A DNA stretch of 64,000 nt from Ferruginibacter sp. (lineage in GTDB: Bacteria; Bacteroidota; Bacteroidia; Chitinophagales; Chitinophagaceae), in assembly GCA_025352525.1 (NCBI GenBank), contig JANXTG010000004.1, positions 7,471 through 71,470 of the forward strand, read 5' to 3'. The notes beneath the pieces are model-generated. The model was not told the DNA's origin. It saw nothing but the letters and a program-made list of their open reading frames with translations, and made no database searches. Within the stretch, counting starts at the first letter, position 1. The number at the start of each line of letters is the position of its first letter. Position numbers and translations under genes: made by a program. Positions 37,287 through 47,907 of the stretch are shown here, one piece after another.

Positions 37287-39686
37287 TTATTTATTTACGT
37301 ATTTTAGAATTAACCCGGTAACTATAAGTGGCACTAAAGTAGTAGCTGCATTTTTAATTATATCTGTTAACTCCGCCCCTTCTGGTCTACTTGGAACAGT
37401 TACTATTGAACCTTCCTCTACCTTAGGATAAAAATGAAAGAACATAAAGTTTTTTGTGCGTCTACTTTTTTTATTTGCGTAAGTAACATAAATCCTTTTC
37501 TTCCATGGCCTGATACCGAAACCACCTGCCTTATCTATGTAATAACCAACATTTGTATGCTCTTTATCAAATGACAATTTAAGCGGAGATTGAACTCTTC
37601 CTTCTATGCTAACAAAAGGATTTATTTCAGGAACAAATATGATATCATTTTCTTGCAAAATAATGTCGTGTTTAGAATTTTTATATCGCAATGCCCTATA
37701 AAGATCAATGCTTACAGGTTCATCAAGAGCCTTCATAATTACGGTATCTACAGGAACGAGTTGCCCTAGTGAATCTAATTTCTCACGAGAAACTTTCTTA
37801 GAGATAAATTTGGTTGTCTCGATTGGTTTTTCTCTAACATCCGCAGGTTTTCGCCTAAATAATAATGCACCGGAAAGATTTGCATTCTCTTTAAAGCCCC
37901 CGGCCCTTGTTATATAAGAGGAGAGTTTTTCATACTTATTTAAACGAGGATATAAACCTGGATATTTTATCAGTCCTTTTAATTCTATATTTTGTTGAAA
38001 TTCAAATGTTGGATTTTTTCTTGCAAAAATCTGATCATAAGGTTTTAAATATACTTGGGCCGCAGCTGAATCTATTTGGAGATTTTGATCGATGCCGTAT
38101 GATTTTACTACAGTCCTTGTAGGTTTTAAGCCTTTTTTTGCGGAGTCAACATCTACTATACTTGAAATCTCTAACCGTCCAAATTCGGCAGAAGGTTTCA
38201 ACCCACCTGATAAATAAAGTAAATCTTGAAGCGTCATACCACCGTATTTTCTTAATTTTCCTACTTTTCGTACTTCTCCAAAGATTTCCACAAAAACATC
38301 ATCGGTAAATTCTGCAGCACTAAAAAGCTGTATAACGTCATTTGGTAAAAGAGACACGTTATTTTTAGAATTTATATTATTATTATTAATATCGCTTAAA
38401 TCAACCTCTAGTCTGTCGGCAGATTGCAAATTGGTAGAATCTCCTGCCCCTCTAAACACATAAGCCCTTTGTAAATAAGTATTTCTTGTTATACCTCCTG
38501 CCCGGTTTATCAGATCAAATAATCTATCGCCAGACCTATATTCATACTGATCTGGGTACTTTATTTCACCTCGAATTTCAACTCTATTAACTAAACCGGA
38601 TTTTATTAAGTCAGCCTTAACTACATCTCCGTCTTGTAATAAAGCATCCTGGCCTTCTATTTTTAAAATAGCGGTTGCGTTTACATTTTTTAAATTCTGG
38701 CTTTCATTTTCTGATCTAATGATGGTAAGATTAGAACTTAAGGCATCTGCGTTCAAGCCCCCACTATATCTTAACAACGCTTTTACACCTTCATCACTCC
38801 TTAGCTGATAAAACATTGGTCTTTTAAACTGACCGGTAGCTAAAACTTTTTTCTCATAAAAAGGAACAATAATGAAATCATTGTTTTGAAGATATATATG
38901 TTTGCCAAAATCGCCTGTCTGTAAATATCTATAAACATCAAGCTCTTCAATTATTCTACCATTTCTTTTAATCTGGATATTTCTTAGGTTTCCATTTTCA
39001 GTTATTCCCCCTGCTTTTGAGATCACATTAAATGCATTACTAAAAGCGGATACAGTAATAATTCCAGGATTTTGAACCTCATTTACCACATTAATATTAA
39101 TACTTCTTGGCTCTCCCAAACTTATATCAATATTTGTTCCTGCAGGCACAACAGCAGCAAAACGGGAATAAAGTATGCGTTGTACATTTTGAAAAGTTAC
39201 CCCACCAACATATATTTTACCCATTCCCTTAGGAAAAATTGAACCGTCTTTACCTACAATAAATTTGCCCTGAAATTCAGCTCCTCCATACATAGATACT
39301 ATAACATTATCTCCAACACCCAATGGATAATCCAAAGGTGGTGTAGACAATTCTGCAGTATTAAATTGTGCGGCATTAGAGAATACATTAGCTCCATATG
39401 TACTTTTAGCGCTTGGAATTCTGCTAGTTCCACCGCCTTCTGTAAGACTGTCTTTAAAAATTCGATTATTTTTTAATTTCGCATTCATATCCTCGCCTGC
39501 ATTTTTATTTTCATCGCTCAACAAGGTTTGCAGCTGAGGATTTGTCATATTTACAGGAGGTAATGCTATAGTGGGGCTTCCATTAGGGTTAGTAATAGGC
39601 GGCTGACCAAAAGTAGAAAGTATTGAAAACGTAAAGAATATAAAAATTATAAACCTAAATATAAAAACGGGCGACCCTCTTTGCAT
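37287..39686 (-). CDS. Polysaccharide export protein with multiple SLBB domains (Wza/KpsD-like)
   Basis: YPLGVGD, repeated GEV/GEI...PG and AGG SLBB motifs. ATG at 39686 preferred because a TATATTTG box at 39723-39730 overlaps the longer TTG start. Confidence 0.88.
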   Translation of the reverse strand: MQRGSPVFIFRFIIFIFFTFSILSTFGQPPITNPNGSPTIALPPVNMTNPQLQTLLSDENKNAGEDMNAKLKNNRIFKDSLTEGGGTSRIPSAKSTYGANVFSNAAQFNTAELSTPPLDYPLGVGDNVIVSMYGGAEFQGKFIVGKDGSIFPKGMGKIYVGGVTFQNVQRILYSRFAAVVPAGTNIDISLGEPRSININVVNEVQNPGIITVSAFSNAFNVISKAGGITENGNLRNIQIKRNGRIIEELDVYRYLQTGDFGKHIYLQNNDFIIVPFYEKKVLATGQFKRPMFYQLRSDEGVKALLRYSGGLNADALSSNLTIIRSENESQNLKNVNATAILKIEGQDALLQDGDVVKADLIKSGLVNRVEIRGEIKYPDQYEYRSGDRLFDLINRAGGITRNTYLQRAYVFRGAGDSTNLQSADRLEVDLSDINNNNINSKNNVSLLPNDVIQLFSAAEFTDDVFVEIFGEVRKVGKLRKYGGMTLQDLLYLSGGLKPSAEFGRLEISSIVDVDSAKKGLKPTRTVVKSYGIDQNLQIDSAAAQVYLKPYDQIFARKNPTFEFQQNIELKGLIKYPGLYPRLNKYEKLSSYITRAGGFKENANLSGALLFRRKPADVREKPIETTKFISKKVSREKLDSLGQLVPVDTVIMKALDEPVSIDLYRALRYKNSKHDIILQENDIIFVPEINPFVSIEGRVQSPLKLSFDKEHTNVGYYIDKAGGFGIRPWKKRIYVTYANKKSRRTKNFMFFHFYPKVEEGSIVTVPSRPEGAELTDIIKNAATTLVPLIVTGLILKYVNK

Positions 39687-39772
39687 TGCTGTTAGGATTA
39701 ATTGAAATTTTTTTGTAAGTCGCAAATATAGCGTTATTTACATAAGCCGTTAACCACTATATTGTTTTCAAC

Positions 39773-40320
39773 CTATATTCCATTAACAATATCAGTTACC
39801 GGTGGTATTGATTTTATAAGGGTGGAAACTTGCCCAATCTGAAGTTCACCTTCATTCATATTTACTTTAAACAAACTTTTTTTATCAATTAAACGACCTA
39901 GTAATTGTATAAATTCTTCTACACTTGCATTATAATCTCCTGCTCTTTTACCTGATTGTAAAAATTATTTTTTAACAAACGAACCGGTTTTAATTTCTTT
40001 TAAACATAATCGGTATCACCTTTACAAGATAAAATAACCGCATCTTTAAAATTTATGTAACAAGATGCTTCGTGATTTGCAATGAACCCTCTTCCAATCT
40101 CTACATCATCTGCACCCAAAATCATTACTGCCAGCATTTACCTCCCTGTTGCAATAGCACCTGCTACAATAACGGGTATAGATACTTTTTCATTTACTGC
40201 TGGTATTAAAACAAAACTTGTGGTTTCTTCCCTTTCATTATGGCGACCGGCTTCAAACACTTCTGCAACAGCTGCATCACATTCTGAGACTTAAATTTGA
40301 CAGCCATTTGCCAATATCAT
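39773..40320 (-). pseudogene. Nitronate monooxygenase / FabK-like flavin oxidoreductase pseudogene (C-terminal half)
   Basis: Translation: ...EVFEAGRHNEREETTSFVLIPAVNEKVSIPVIVAGAIATGR*MLAVMILGADDVEIG...GDTDYV*KKLKPVRLLKNNFYNQV (frameshift) ASVEEFIQLLGR...MNEGELQIGQVSTLI. Three in-frame stops, one frameshift, 5' half absent. Confidence 0.88.
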
Positions 40321-40337
40321 TCCTGCTTAAATAAAAA

Positions 40338-40379
40338 TTTTTTCAATATTAAAAAACTTGGTTTTTAGTATTGAAAAAA
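40338..40379 (-). terminator. Long AT-rich hairpin, probable terminator of the nucleotidyltransferase gene
   Basis: 18-bp inverted repeat TTTTTTCAATATTAAAAA / TTTTTAGTATTGAAAAAA with one mismatch. Confidence 0.6.
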
Positions 40380-40399
40380 CACTCATAAATACAAAAAGT

Positions 40400-41404
40400 T
40401 TATTTTGTTCCTCCGCCAAGATCAATGGCAGTATTATCTCCAATATTTAAATTCCTACTTACGCCTTTAACCTCTGCATCGCTGCCAATTAAAGAGTTGT
40501 TTAAGACTATTTCGTATAAATTTGAGTAGGCTCCAATAATTGAATCTTTTATGATCGCGTAATTAATAGTAGTGAAATCTCCTATAGTAACGTTTGGGCC
40601 AATAACAGAATTGCCAATAATACAACCTTTACCAATACTTACCGGCGGTATAAAAATGCTGTTAGTGTGGTGCTGGGATTCTTCAACAGCGCTACCGAAT
40701 TTTTTTAAGAGAATAGCATTCGATTCTATTAGTGATTCTTTTTTACCACAGTCGAACCAATTGGCAACTTTCATTGCTTTAAAGCCCGCACCTCTTTGAA
40801 TCATACAATCCAATGCATCAGTTAAACTAAACTCATCATAACTGCGGAGTTTTGAATTCTGTATCTTATGGAGACATTCAAATAATATGGTTGTTTCTTT
40901 TACTTTATATATTCCAACCAAAGCCATGTTACTTTTAGGAATGGCAGGTTTTTCAATAACCTTGGTAATAAAACCGTCTTCCGCTATTTCTGCTACACCA
41001 AAATTTCGGGGATCGTCAACTCTTTTTACAGCCAACACTGAATGAGGAGTATTAATCATTTCTGCAATATCAAACTCTGCAATTGTATCTCCTAATACAA
41101 TTAAAACCTCTTCGTTACCTACTATTTCCTGCGTAATTTCTATGGCATGTCCCGTACCCTGCCTTTCATTTTGGGTAATAAAATAGGTATTAAGTTCCGG
41201 GTAATTTAATTCAACATAATCTTTAATTTTTTCTCCTAAGTAACCAATAATAAAAATAAAATCGGTTATGCCCGCCTCTTTTAATTGATCAACAATAATG
41301 CTTAATATGGTTTTACCCGCAAGCGGAATAAGTGCTTTGGGTTGTGTGTATGTATGTGGGCGAAGTTTGGTACCTGCGCCTGCAACGGGAATGATAGCCT
41401 TCAT
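40400..41404 (-). CDS. Sugar-phosphate nucleotidyltransferase (glucose-1-phosphate thymidylyltransferase-like)
   Basis: IPVAGAGTKLRPHT, PKALIP, QGTGHAI, LGDTI, VIEKP, WFDCG, C-terminal left-handed beta-helix. Confidence 0.9.
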   Translation of the reverse strand: MKAIIPVAGAGTKLRPHTYTQPKALIPLAGKTILSIIVDQLKEAGITDFIFIIGYLGEKIKDYVELNYPELNTYFITQNERQGTGHAIEITQEIVGNEEVLIVLGDTIAEFDIAEMINTPHSVLAVKRVDDPRNFGVAEIAEDGFITKVIEKPAIPKSNMALVGIYKVKETTILFECLHKIQNSKLRSYDEFSLTDALDCMIQRGAGFKAMKVANWFDCGKKESLIESNAILLKKFGSAVEESQHHTNSIFIPPVSIGKGCIIGNSVIGPNVTIGDFTTINYAIIKDSIIGAYSNLYEIVLNNSLIGSDAEVKGVSRNLNIGDNTAIDLGGGTK

Positions 41405-41537
41405 TAATATTGTATTGATTGGGGAGTAACAAGTTACACCTTAGTTTGCAGCAATTAATTTTGGTTGGTGAAATTAATAGTTTAAGACAAAGGGTTTACA
41501 TTTTATAAAAGTTGAAAAATGATTTACTGCTGAAAAT

Positions 41538-41590
41538 AGCCCTGATAGAAACGGCACCGCAGCAAAGCGGAGGTACAGTGTATAGCAGGA
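41538..41590 (+). ncRNA. Flavo-1-like structured RNA / repeat element, copy B
   Basis: AGCCCTGATAGAAACGGCACCGCAGCAAAGCGGAGGTACAGTGTATAGCAGGA: CCTG/CAGG outer stem, CCGC/GCGG inner hairpin, GTATAGC shared with copy A. Confidence 0.65.
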
Positions 41591-41655
41591 TACAAATGTT
41601 TCATTTTGCGAAAATACCCATGCTCCTAAAAAATAAAATTTAAAAGTGCGGTGCT

Positions 41656-41663
41656 TATCTTTG
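41656..41663 (+). promoter_or_regulatory. -7 promoter box TATCTTTG for glyA
   Basis: Exact TAnnTTTG, 18 nt before the ATG at 41682. Confidence 0.65.
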
Positions 41664-41681
41664 CTGTTCAAAATAATATTT

Positions 41682-42950
41682 ATGCAAAGAGATACTGCTT
41701 TATTTGATTTGATTGAACAGGAAGCTGAAAGGCAGCAACATGGGATTGAACTTATTGCCAGCGAAAATTTTACGAGCAAACAGGTTATGGAAGCGATGGG
41801 CACCTGTCTTACAAATAAATATGCAGAAGGTTATCCGGGTAAAAGATATTATGGCGGTTGTGAGGTGGTTGATGAAGTGGAGCAACTTGCAATAGACAGA
41901 ATAAAAAAAGTTTTTAATTGCGAATATGCCAATGTGCAACCTCATAGTGGTGCACAAGCAAATGCAGCTTTGATGCTGGGTATTTTAAAGCCCGGCGATG
42001 CTATATTGGGATTGGATTTAAGTATGGGTGGACATCTTACTCACGGATCCCCTGTAAATTTTTCAGGAAAATATTACAGACCTTTTTTTTATGGTGTAAA
42101 AAAAGATTCGGGTTTAATAGACTACGAAATGCTTGAAGAAAAAGCAAGGGCTGAAAAGCCTGCTTTAATTATTTGTGGTGCATCTGCCTACAGCAGGGAT
42201 ATTGATTATGCCAGAATAAGAAAAGTAGCTGATGAAATTAATGCTTTTGTATTGTGCGATATGGCACACCCAGCAGGTTTTATTGCTGCCGGTTTATTAA
42301 GTTCGCCTTTTGAATATTGCCATTTTGTAACAAGTACAACACACAAAACTTTGCGTGGCCCAAGGGGTGGAATTATTTTAATGAAAAAAGATTTTGAAAA
42401 CCCGATGGGGTTGAAAGATATGAAGGGTAACCTGAGAATGATGAGCAACGTTATTGACATGGCTGTTTTTCCAGGTACACAGGGTGGTCCGTTAATGCAT
42501 GTTATAGCTGCCAAGGCAGTGGCTTTTGGCGAATTACTTACAGATGAATTTAAAGAATATACAAAGCAAGTACAGAGAAATGCACAAGCAATGGCCAAAG
42601 CTTTAATGGACCGTGGTTACCAAATTATTAGCGGCGGCACTGATAACCATTTAATGCTGATTGACCTTCGTAATAAAAATATTACCGGAAAAAAAGCGCA
42701 GGAAACTTTAGACAAAGCACACATTACTTTAAATAAAAATGCTGTGCCTTACGATGACAAAAGCCCGTTTGTTACGAGTGGCATACGTATTGGAGTACCT
42801 GCTGTAACCACTAGAGGAATGAAGGAAGCAGATATGGAAAAGATTGTAGTATTGATTGATAAAATCTTAATGGATATTGATAATGAAGAAACTTTGGAGG
42901 CAGTTAAGATTGAGGTTCATGAAATGATGAAGGCATTTCCTTTACCTTAA
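41682..42950 (+). CDS. glyA: Serine hydroxymethyltransferase
   Basis: [36 protein letters not shown]-binding [16 protein letters not shown]. Start at MQRD. Confidence 0.98.
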   Translation: MQRDTALFDLIEQEAERQQHGIELIASENFTSKQVMEAMGTCLTNKYAEGYPGKRYYGGCEVVDEVEQLAIDRIKKVFNCEYANVQPHSGAQANAALMLGILKPGDAILGLDLSMGGHLTHGSPVNFSGKYYRPFFYGVKKDSGLIDYEMLEEKARAEKPALIICGASAYSRDIDYARIRKVADEINAFVLCDMAHPAGFIAAGLLSSPFEYCHFVTSTTHKTLRGPRGGIILMKKDFENPMGLKDMKGNLRMMSNVIDMAVFPGTQGGPLMHVIAAKAVAFGELLTDEFKEYTKQVQRNAQAMAKALMDRGYQIISGGTDNHLMLIDLRNKNITGKKAQETLDKAHITLNKNAVPYDDKSPFVTSGIRIGVPAVTTRGMKEADMEKIVVLIDKILMDIDNEETLEAVKIEVHEMMKAFPLP

Positions 42951-43059
42951 AATTGACACGCAGGATTTGAGACATTACATTTAATATTTTTCTGAATAAT
43001 TAGAAATAATTTCTCATTTTTGATCCTCTATCAAAATACTAACATCAAAATTTATAAAA

Positions 43060-43473
43060 ATGATTCAACGAATACAAACGATATGGCTTTTACTGGCATC
43101 AATTTGTGTTTTTTTAACGCTGAAGTTTTCTACTTATGTTGGTACCAATAAAGATTTAATACCTTCCTCATTTTTAAATGGAATTGCAACTCTACCTTTA
43201 ATATTTGTAACGTTAGCCGTAGGTATTTTAAGTTTTATAACAATATTTTTATATAAAAACAGGAAACTTCAATTACGACTTACAATACTCGCTGTTTTGC
43301 TTGAGGCTGGTTTGTTATTTTTATATTACAAAGAAATTCAAACCTTTATTGGTAAAGGAACTTTTTCAATTACTGCAATATTGCATGCTGCTGTAATGTT
43401 TTTTTTAATATTAGCTACACGTGGCATTAACAGTGATAATAAATTAATTAAAGACAGTAATAGGCTGAGGTAG
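43060..43473 (+). CDS. DUF4293-family membrane protein
   Basis: MIQRIQTIWLLL start, IFLYKNRKLQ, C-terminal LIKDSNRLR. Confidence 0.88.
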   Translation: MIQRIQTIWLLLASICVFLTLKFSTYVGTNKDLIPSSFLNGIATLPLIFVTLAVGILSFITIFLYKNRKLQLRLTILAVLLEAGLLFLYYKEIQTFIGKGTFSITAILHAAVMFFLILATRGINSDNKLIKDSNRLR

Positions 43474-43479
43474 ATATAA

Positions 43480-46317
43480 TCACAAAAACTTTCCTGTATA
43501 ACTTTCTTTTACCTTTTTCATATCCTGGGGTTTCCCTGCAAATACAAGGTGACCACCAATATCTCCTGCTTCAGGTCCAAGATCTATAACCCAATCGCAA
43601 CTTTTTATAACATCAGTATTGTGCTCAATTACAACTATTGAATGACCCTGTTCTACCAAAGCGTTAAAAGATGTAAGTAGCTTTTTTATATCATGAAAAT
43701 GAAGACCGGTAGTTGGTTCATCAAAAATAAAAAGAATGTGACCAATGGCTTTTCCTTTACCCAGGAAAGACGCAAGTTTTACACGTTGTGCTTCGCCACC
43801 GCTTAAAGTATTAGATGATTGCCCAAGCTTTACATAACCCAATCCAACATCACTTAAAGGCTGAATTTTTTTTGCAACATCCGCACCATCATCAGCAGCT
43901 TTACTTTTTAGTTTTTCAACAGCTGCACCAAAAAATTGTATTGCTTCATCTACACTCATTTCCAGAACATCATGTATACTTTTTTCTTTGTAAGCAACTT
44001 CTAATACTTCCTCTTTAAAACGCTTGCCATTACATACATCACACACCAAATGTACATCTGCTAAAAACTGCATTTCAACCAACTGTTCTCCTTCCCCTTT
44101 GCATGCATCGCAACGGCCACCATCAACATTAAAAGAAAAATGCTTAGGCATAAACCCCCTGATTTTTGACAGCGGTTGCTTTGAATATAATTCTCTTATT
44201 TCATCATAAGCTTTTATGTAAGTAACCGGATTACTTCTGCTGCTTTTACCAATAGGATTTTGATCAACCATTTCAATTCGGCTGATGTAATCTAGGTCTC
44301 CGGTTATTTTTCTATACAAACCGGGCTTGTCTGATACCTCGCCCTTTATTTTTTGCAACGCCGGATACAATATTTGTTTAACGAGTGTGGTTTTTCCGCT
44401 GCCGCTGACACCGCTGACTGCACACAAAATATTTAAGGGAAATTCAACATTTATATCTTTTAAATTATTTTGTTTGGCTCCTTCAATTTTTATACTTCTG
44501 TTCCATTTTCGCAAAACTTTTGGGGCTTCAATTTTTAATTTTCCTGATAAATATTTACCGGTTAAACTTTTTTCATTTGCAATTAATTCATCATAATTAC
44601 CGACAGCAATTACTTCACCACCAAGATGGCTCGCCAGTGGCCCCATATCAATGATATGATCCGCTTCCCGCATCATCATTTCATCGTGCTCAACAACAAC
44701 AACGGTATTGCCAAGGTCTCTGAGTTCTTTTAATACAACAATTAAATTTTGCGTATCTCTACTGTGTAAACCGATGGATGGTTCATCTAAAATATAAAGT
44801 GAATTTGTAAGGTTACTGCCAAGGCTTCTGGTAAGCTGTATCCTTTGGCTTTCACCGCCACTCAATGAGTTTGCAAGTCTGTTTAAAGTGAGATAACCAA
44901 GACCAACATCTAATAATGTTTTTAACCGATGTTTTACTTCAATTAAAATTCTTTTTGCTACCTGTTCATCATATTTGCTCAGTTTTAATTTATCGAACCA
45001 ATTCTGTAAATCCTTTACCGGTATTTCGCATAGCTGCCCAATATGCACACCCGCAACCTTTACATACAAGGCTTCTCTACGAAGCCTGTATCCTTCGCAT
45101 TCGCTGCACAAAGTTCTGCCCCTAAATCTGCTTAATAAAACCCTGTATTGTACTTTATATAAATTCTGTTCTACTTCTTTAAAAAAATCATTAATGCCTT
45201 CAGCGTATTTATTACCGCTCCACAAATCTTTTAATTGCGCTTCACTTAAATCCATTATTGGCTTGTGTACAGGAAAATCAAATTGTTTTGCAGCACGTAT
45301 AAAATTTTCTTTCCACAGGCTTAGTTTCTCGCCTTTCCATGGAGCTACTGCACCTTCGTAAACGCTCAATCTTTTATCGGGGATAACAAGATCATGATCT
45401 AAACCCAACACCATTGAGAAACCTTCGCATACCGGGCATGCACCGAAAGGATTATTAAAAGAAAATAAGTTTGGTACAGGTTCTTCAAAAACAATTCCAT
45501 CCAGCTCAAACTTATTGCTGAATTTTAAAGGCGTTTTTTCATTAATCTGTACAAACATGGCACCTTCACCTTCGTAAAATGCTGTACCTGCAGAATCTGC
45601 AATGCGATGCAGATCATCTTCATCAAACTCTTTCTTTATTAGCCTATCAATTAAAATAAATTTTTCTTTCTTAGACTTTTTTATAATGTTTCCTTCTAAT
45701 AAATCTTCAATACCTACAATTTCATTATTTATGTAAAGTCGGGAAAATCCTTTTTGTAACAAAATATTGAGTTCTTCTTTTTCATCTCGATTGGCATGGC
45801 TTTTAAATATTGCTAGCAACATAATTTTATCTCCATCTTTAGCTTTATTTATTGCAGCTACAACATCGGGCACATCATCTTTTTTTACTTCTCTACCACT
45901 AACAGGAGAAATGGTTTTTCCTGTTCTTGCAAATAATAAACGCAGATAGTCATATATCTCCGTCATGCTTCCAACCGTACTTCTTGGTGTACGTGTTATC
46001 ACTTTTTGTTCAATGGCGATTGCAGGACATAAGCCCTTTATAAAATCCACATCAGGTTTGTTCATTCGTTGCATGAACTGCCTTGCATAAGCACTTAAAC
46101 TTTCAGCATATCGGCGTTGCCCTTCAGCAAATAAAGTATCAATTGTTAAGGATGATTTTCCTGAACCAGACACACCTGTTACAACAACTAATTTATTGCG
46201 TGGTATTGTAACAGTTACATTTTTAAGGTTGTGAACTCTTGCTCCTTTTATTAAAATATCATTAGTTGAAATACTTGCGGTTGTGGATATGATGGGGGTT
46301 TCAGAAGTTTTAAGCAT
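43480..46317 (-). CDS. uvrA: Excinuclease ABC subunit A homolog (second, divergent UvrA)
   Basis: [68 protein letters not shown]. Confidence 0.92.
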   Translation of the reverse strand: MLKTSETPIISTTASISTNDILIKGARVHNLKNVTVTIPRNKLVVVTGVSGSGKSSLTIDTLFAEGQRRYAESLSAYARQFMQRMNKPDVDFIKGLCPAIAIEQKVITRTPRSTVGSMTEIYDYLRLLFARTGKTISPVSGREVKKDDVPDVVAAINKAKDGDKIMLLAIFKSHANRDEKEELNILLQKGFSRLYINNEIVGIEDLLEGNIIKKSKKEKFILIDRLIKKEFDEDDLHRIADSAGTAFYEGEGAMFVQINEKTPLKFSNKFELDGIVFEEPVPNLFSFNNPFGACPVCEGFSMVLGLDHDLVIPDKRLSVYEGAVAPWKGEKLSLWKENFIRAAKQFDFPVHKPIMDLSEAQLKDLWSGNKYAEGINDFFKEVEQNLYKVQYRVLLSRFRGRTLCSECEGYRLRREALYVKVAGVHIGQLCEIPVKDLQNWFDKLKLSKYDEQVAKRILIEVKHRLKTLLDVGLGYLTLNRLANSLSGGESQRIQLTRSLGSNLTNSLYILDEPSIGLHSRDTQNLIVVLKELRDLGNTVVVVEHDEMMMREADHIIDMGPLASHLGGEVIAVGNYDELIANEKSLTGKYLSGKLKIEAPKVLRKWNRSIKIEGAKQNNLKDINVEFPLNILCAVSGVSGSGKTTLVKQILYPALQKIKGEVSDKPGLYRKITGDLDYISRIEMVDQNPIGKSSRSNPVTYIKAYDEIRELYSKQPLSKIRGFMPKHFSFNVDGGRCDACKGEGEQLVEMQFLADVHLVCDVCNGKRFKEEVLEVAYKEKSIHDVLEMSVDEAIQFFGAAVEKLKSKAADDGADVAKKIQPLSDVGLGYVKLGQSSNTLSGGEAQRVKLASFLGKGKAIGHILFIFDEPTTGLHFHDIKKLLTSFNALVEQGHSIVVIEHNTDVIKSCDWVIDLGPEAGDIGGHLVFAGKPQDMKKVKESYTGKFL

Positions 46318-46590
46318 AACATAAAGATAAATTTACAAATACAAAAGAGACAAAGAATTCCTCTTTGTATAAATGAGTATTTTTTCATTAAAATAATGTG
46401 TAAAACTACGGTGTAAACAATATACCAAACAGTATTTTTAACAAACTTTATAAAATAATGCTAAAAATAAATTGTAATTAAAATATATATTTTTATGTTT
46501 ACTCCACAATATCCAATTGTTTGAAAAACCGCGCGAATCTCCTTACAAAGCATCTGCAGTTTTTTCCCTCTATTGGCAACATTATCCTAA

Positions 46591-47199
46591 ATGTCCATTA
46601 TTCAAAATTGTAGAAAAATGCAAAACCAAACTCTCTTAACAGATCAGCAAATTGTACGCATGTACATAGATGGGGACTCAAATGCCCTGTCTACACTTGT
46701 AAACCGTTACAAAGACAAAATTTTTACATCAATTTATCTATTGGTAAAAGACAAATATCTTGCCGAAGATATTTTTCAAGATGTATTTATTAGAGTAATT
46801 GACACTTTAAAAGGCGGTCGTTACACGGACGAGGGAAAATTTTTACCATGGGCTATGCGCATTGCACACAACCTTTGTGTAGATCATTTTAGAAAAGTAA
46901 AGCGCACTCCAACTATTAAAACAAGCGACGACAGAGATATTTTTGAAGTGCTTAATTTTTCAGAAGCGGGTGTTGATACCCGTATAATGGCTGAACAAAC
47001 TTCTGATAAAGTACGAAAACTAATTGATTTGCTACCTGAAGACCAGAGAGAAGTTATTATTCTTCGCCATTATGCAGAATTGAGTTTTAAGGAAATTGCC
47101 CAACTTACTAACTGCAGTATTAATACAGCACTTGGCAGAATGCGTTATGGGTTATTAAACATGCGTAAAATGATGACAGAAAAACAAATTGCTTTATAA
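46591..47199 (+). CDS. ECF-subfamily RNA polymerase sigma factor
   Basis: Region 2 (AEDIFQDVF, WAMRIAHN) and region 4 (LPEDQREVIILRH, SFKEIA, SINTALGRMRY). An alternative start at 46618 is possible. Confidence 0.93.
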   Translation: MSIIQNCRKMQNQTLLTDQQIVRMYIDGDSNALSTLVNRYKDKIFTSIYLLVKDKYLAEDIFQDVFIRVIDTLKGGRYTDEGKFLPWAMRIAHNLCVDHFRKVKRTPTIKTSDDRDIFEVLNFSEAGVDTRIMAEQTSDKVRKLIDLLPEDQREVIILRHYAELSFKEIAQLTNCSINTALGRMRYGLLNMRKMMTEKQIAL

Positions 47200-47213
47200 A
47201 AGTTGAATGATTA

Positions 47214-47254
47214 AAAAAAATCCCTGTTCTTCCTAAAAGAATAGGGATTTTTTT
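47214..47254 (+). terminator. Intrinsic terminator after ECF sigma
   Basis: AAAAAAATCCCTGTTCTT / AAGAATAGGGATTTTTTT. Confidence 0.85.
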
Positions 47255-47355
47255 ATGGGAAATATTTACTGCCATATAAAACATTTTAAATTAAAATTTT
47301 TAAATTATCTCATCAGTACGTTTCATTTTCACTTTAAAAAAATTTACATTTAAAT

Positions 47356-47838
47356 ATGAACAAAATAATTTTATTTCTTTTTTTAATTATACATATTAAT
47401 GCATGTAAAACCACAGCAAAAATGAATACCTCAAACAGCATTACCTCTCATGCAATACGTTTAAAGCCGGGCGATGACTTGAGAGAAAAAATTGAAAATT
47501 ATATCTTACAAAATAATATAAATGCAGGATGGGTTGTAACCTGCGCAGGAAGCCTTACCGATTATAACATAAGATTTGCCAATCAGGAAAAAGGAAGTAC
47601 AGGAAAAGGACATTTTGAAATTGTTAATCTTACAGGCACAACTTCGAAAAACGGTAGTCATCTGCACATCAGTATAAGTGACAGCATTGGCAAAACAATA
47701 GGAGGTCACTTATTAAAAGGATGTATTGTTTATACAACTGCAGAAATCATTATTCAAAGCACCACAGATTTAAACTTTAAAAGAGAAAAAGATGGCTCTA
47801 CACCGTGGGACGAATTACAGATTGAAAAAATAAAGTAA
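47356..47838 (+). CDS. PPC/DUF296 domain protein with lipoprotein-like signal
   Basis: AIRLKPGDDL, TCAGSL, FEIVNLTG, HLHISISD, GGHL, YTTAEI; N-terminal MNKIILFLFLIIHINAC. Confidence 0.88.
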   Translation: MNKIILFLFLIIHINACKTTAKMNTSNSITSHAIRLKPGDDLREKIENYILQNNINAGWVVTCAGSLTDYNIRFANQEKGSTGKGHFEIVNLTGTTSKNGSHLHISISDSIGKTIGGHLLKGCIVYTTAEIIIQSTTDLNFKREKDGSTPWDELQIEKIK

Positions 47839-47907
47839 TCCGTTTGTCTTGCAAAATAACAATATAAAAGCTGCGCTTAAAATTGTTATTTACCTTTATT
47901 TAGATTA

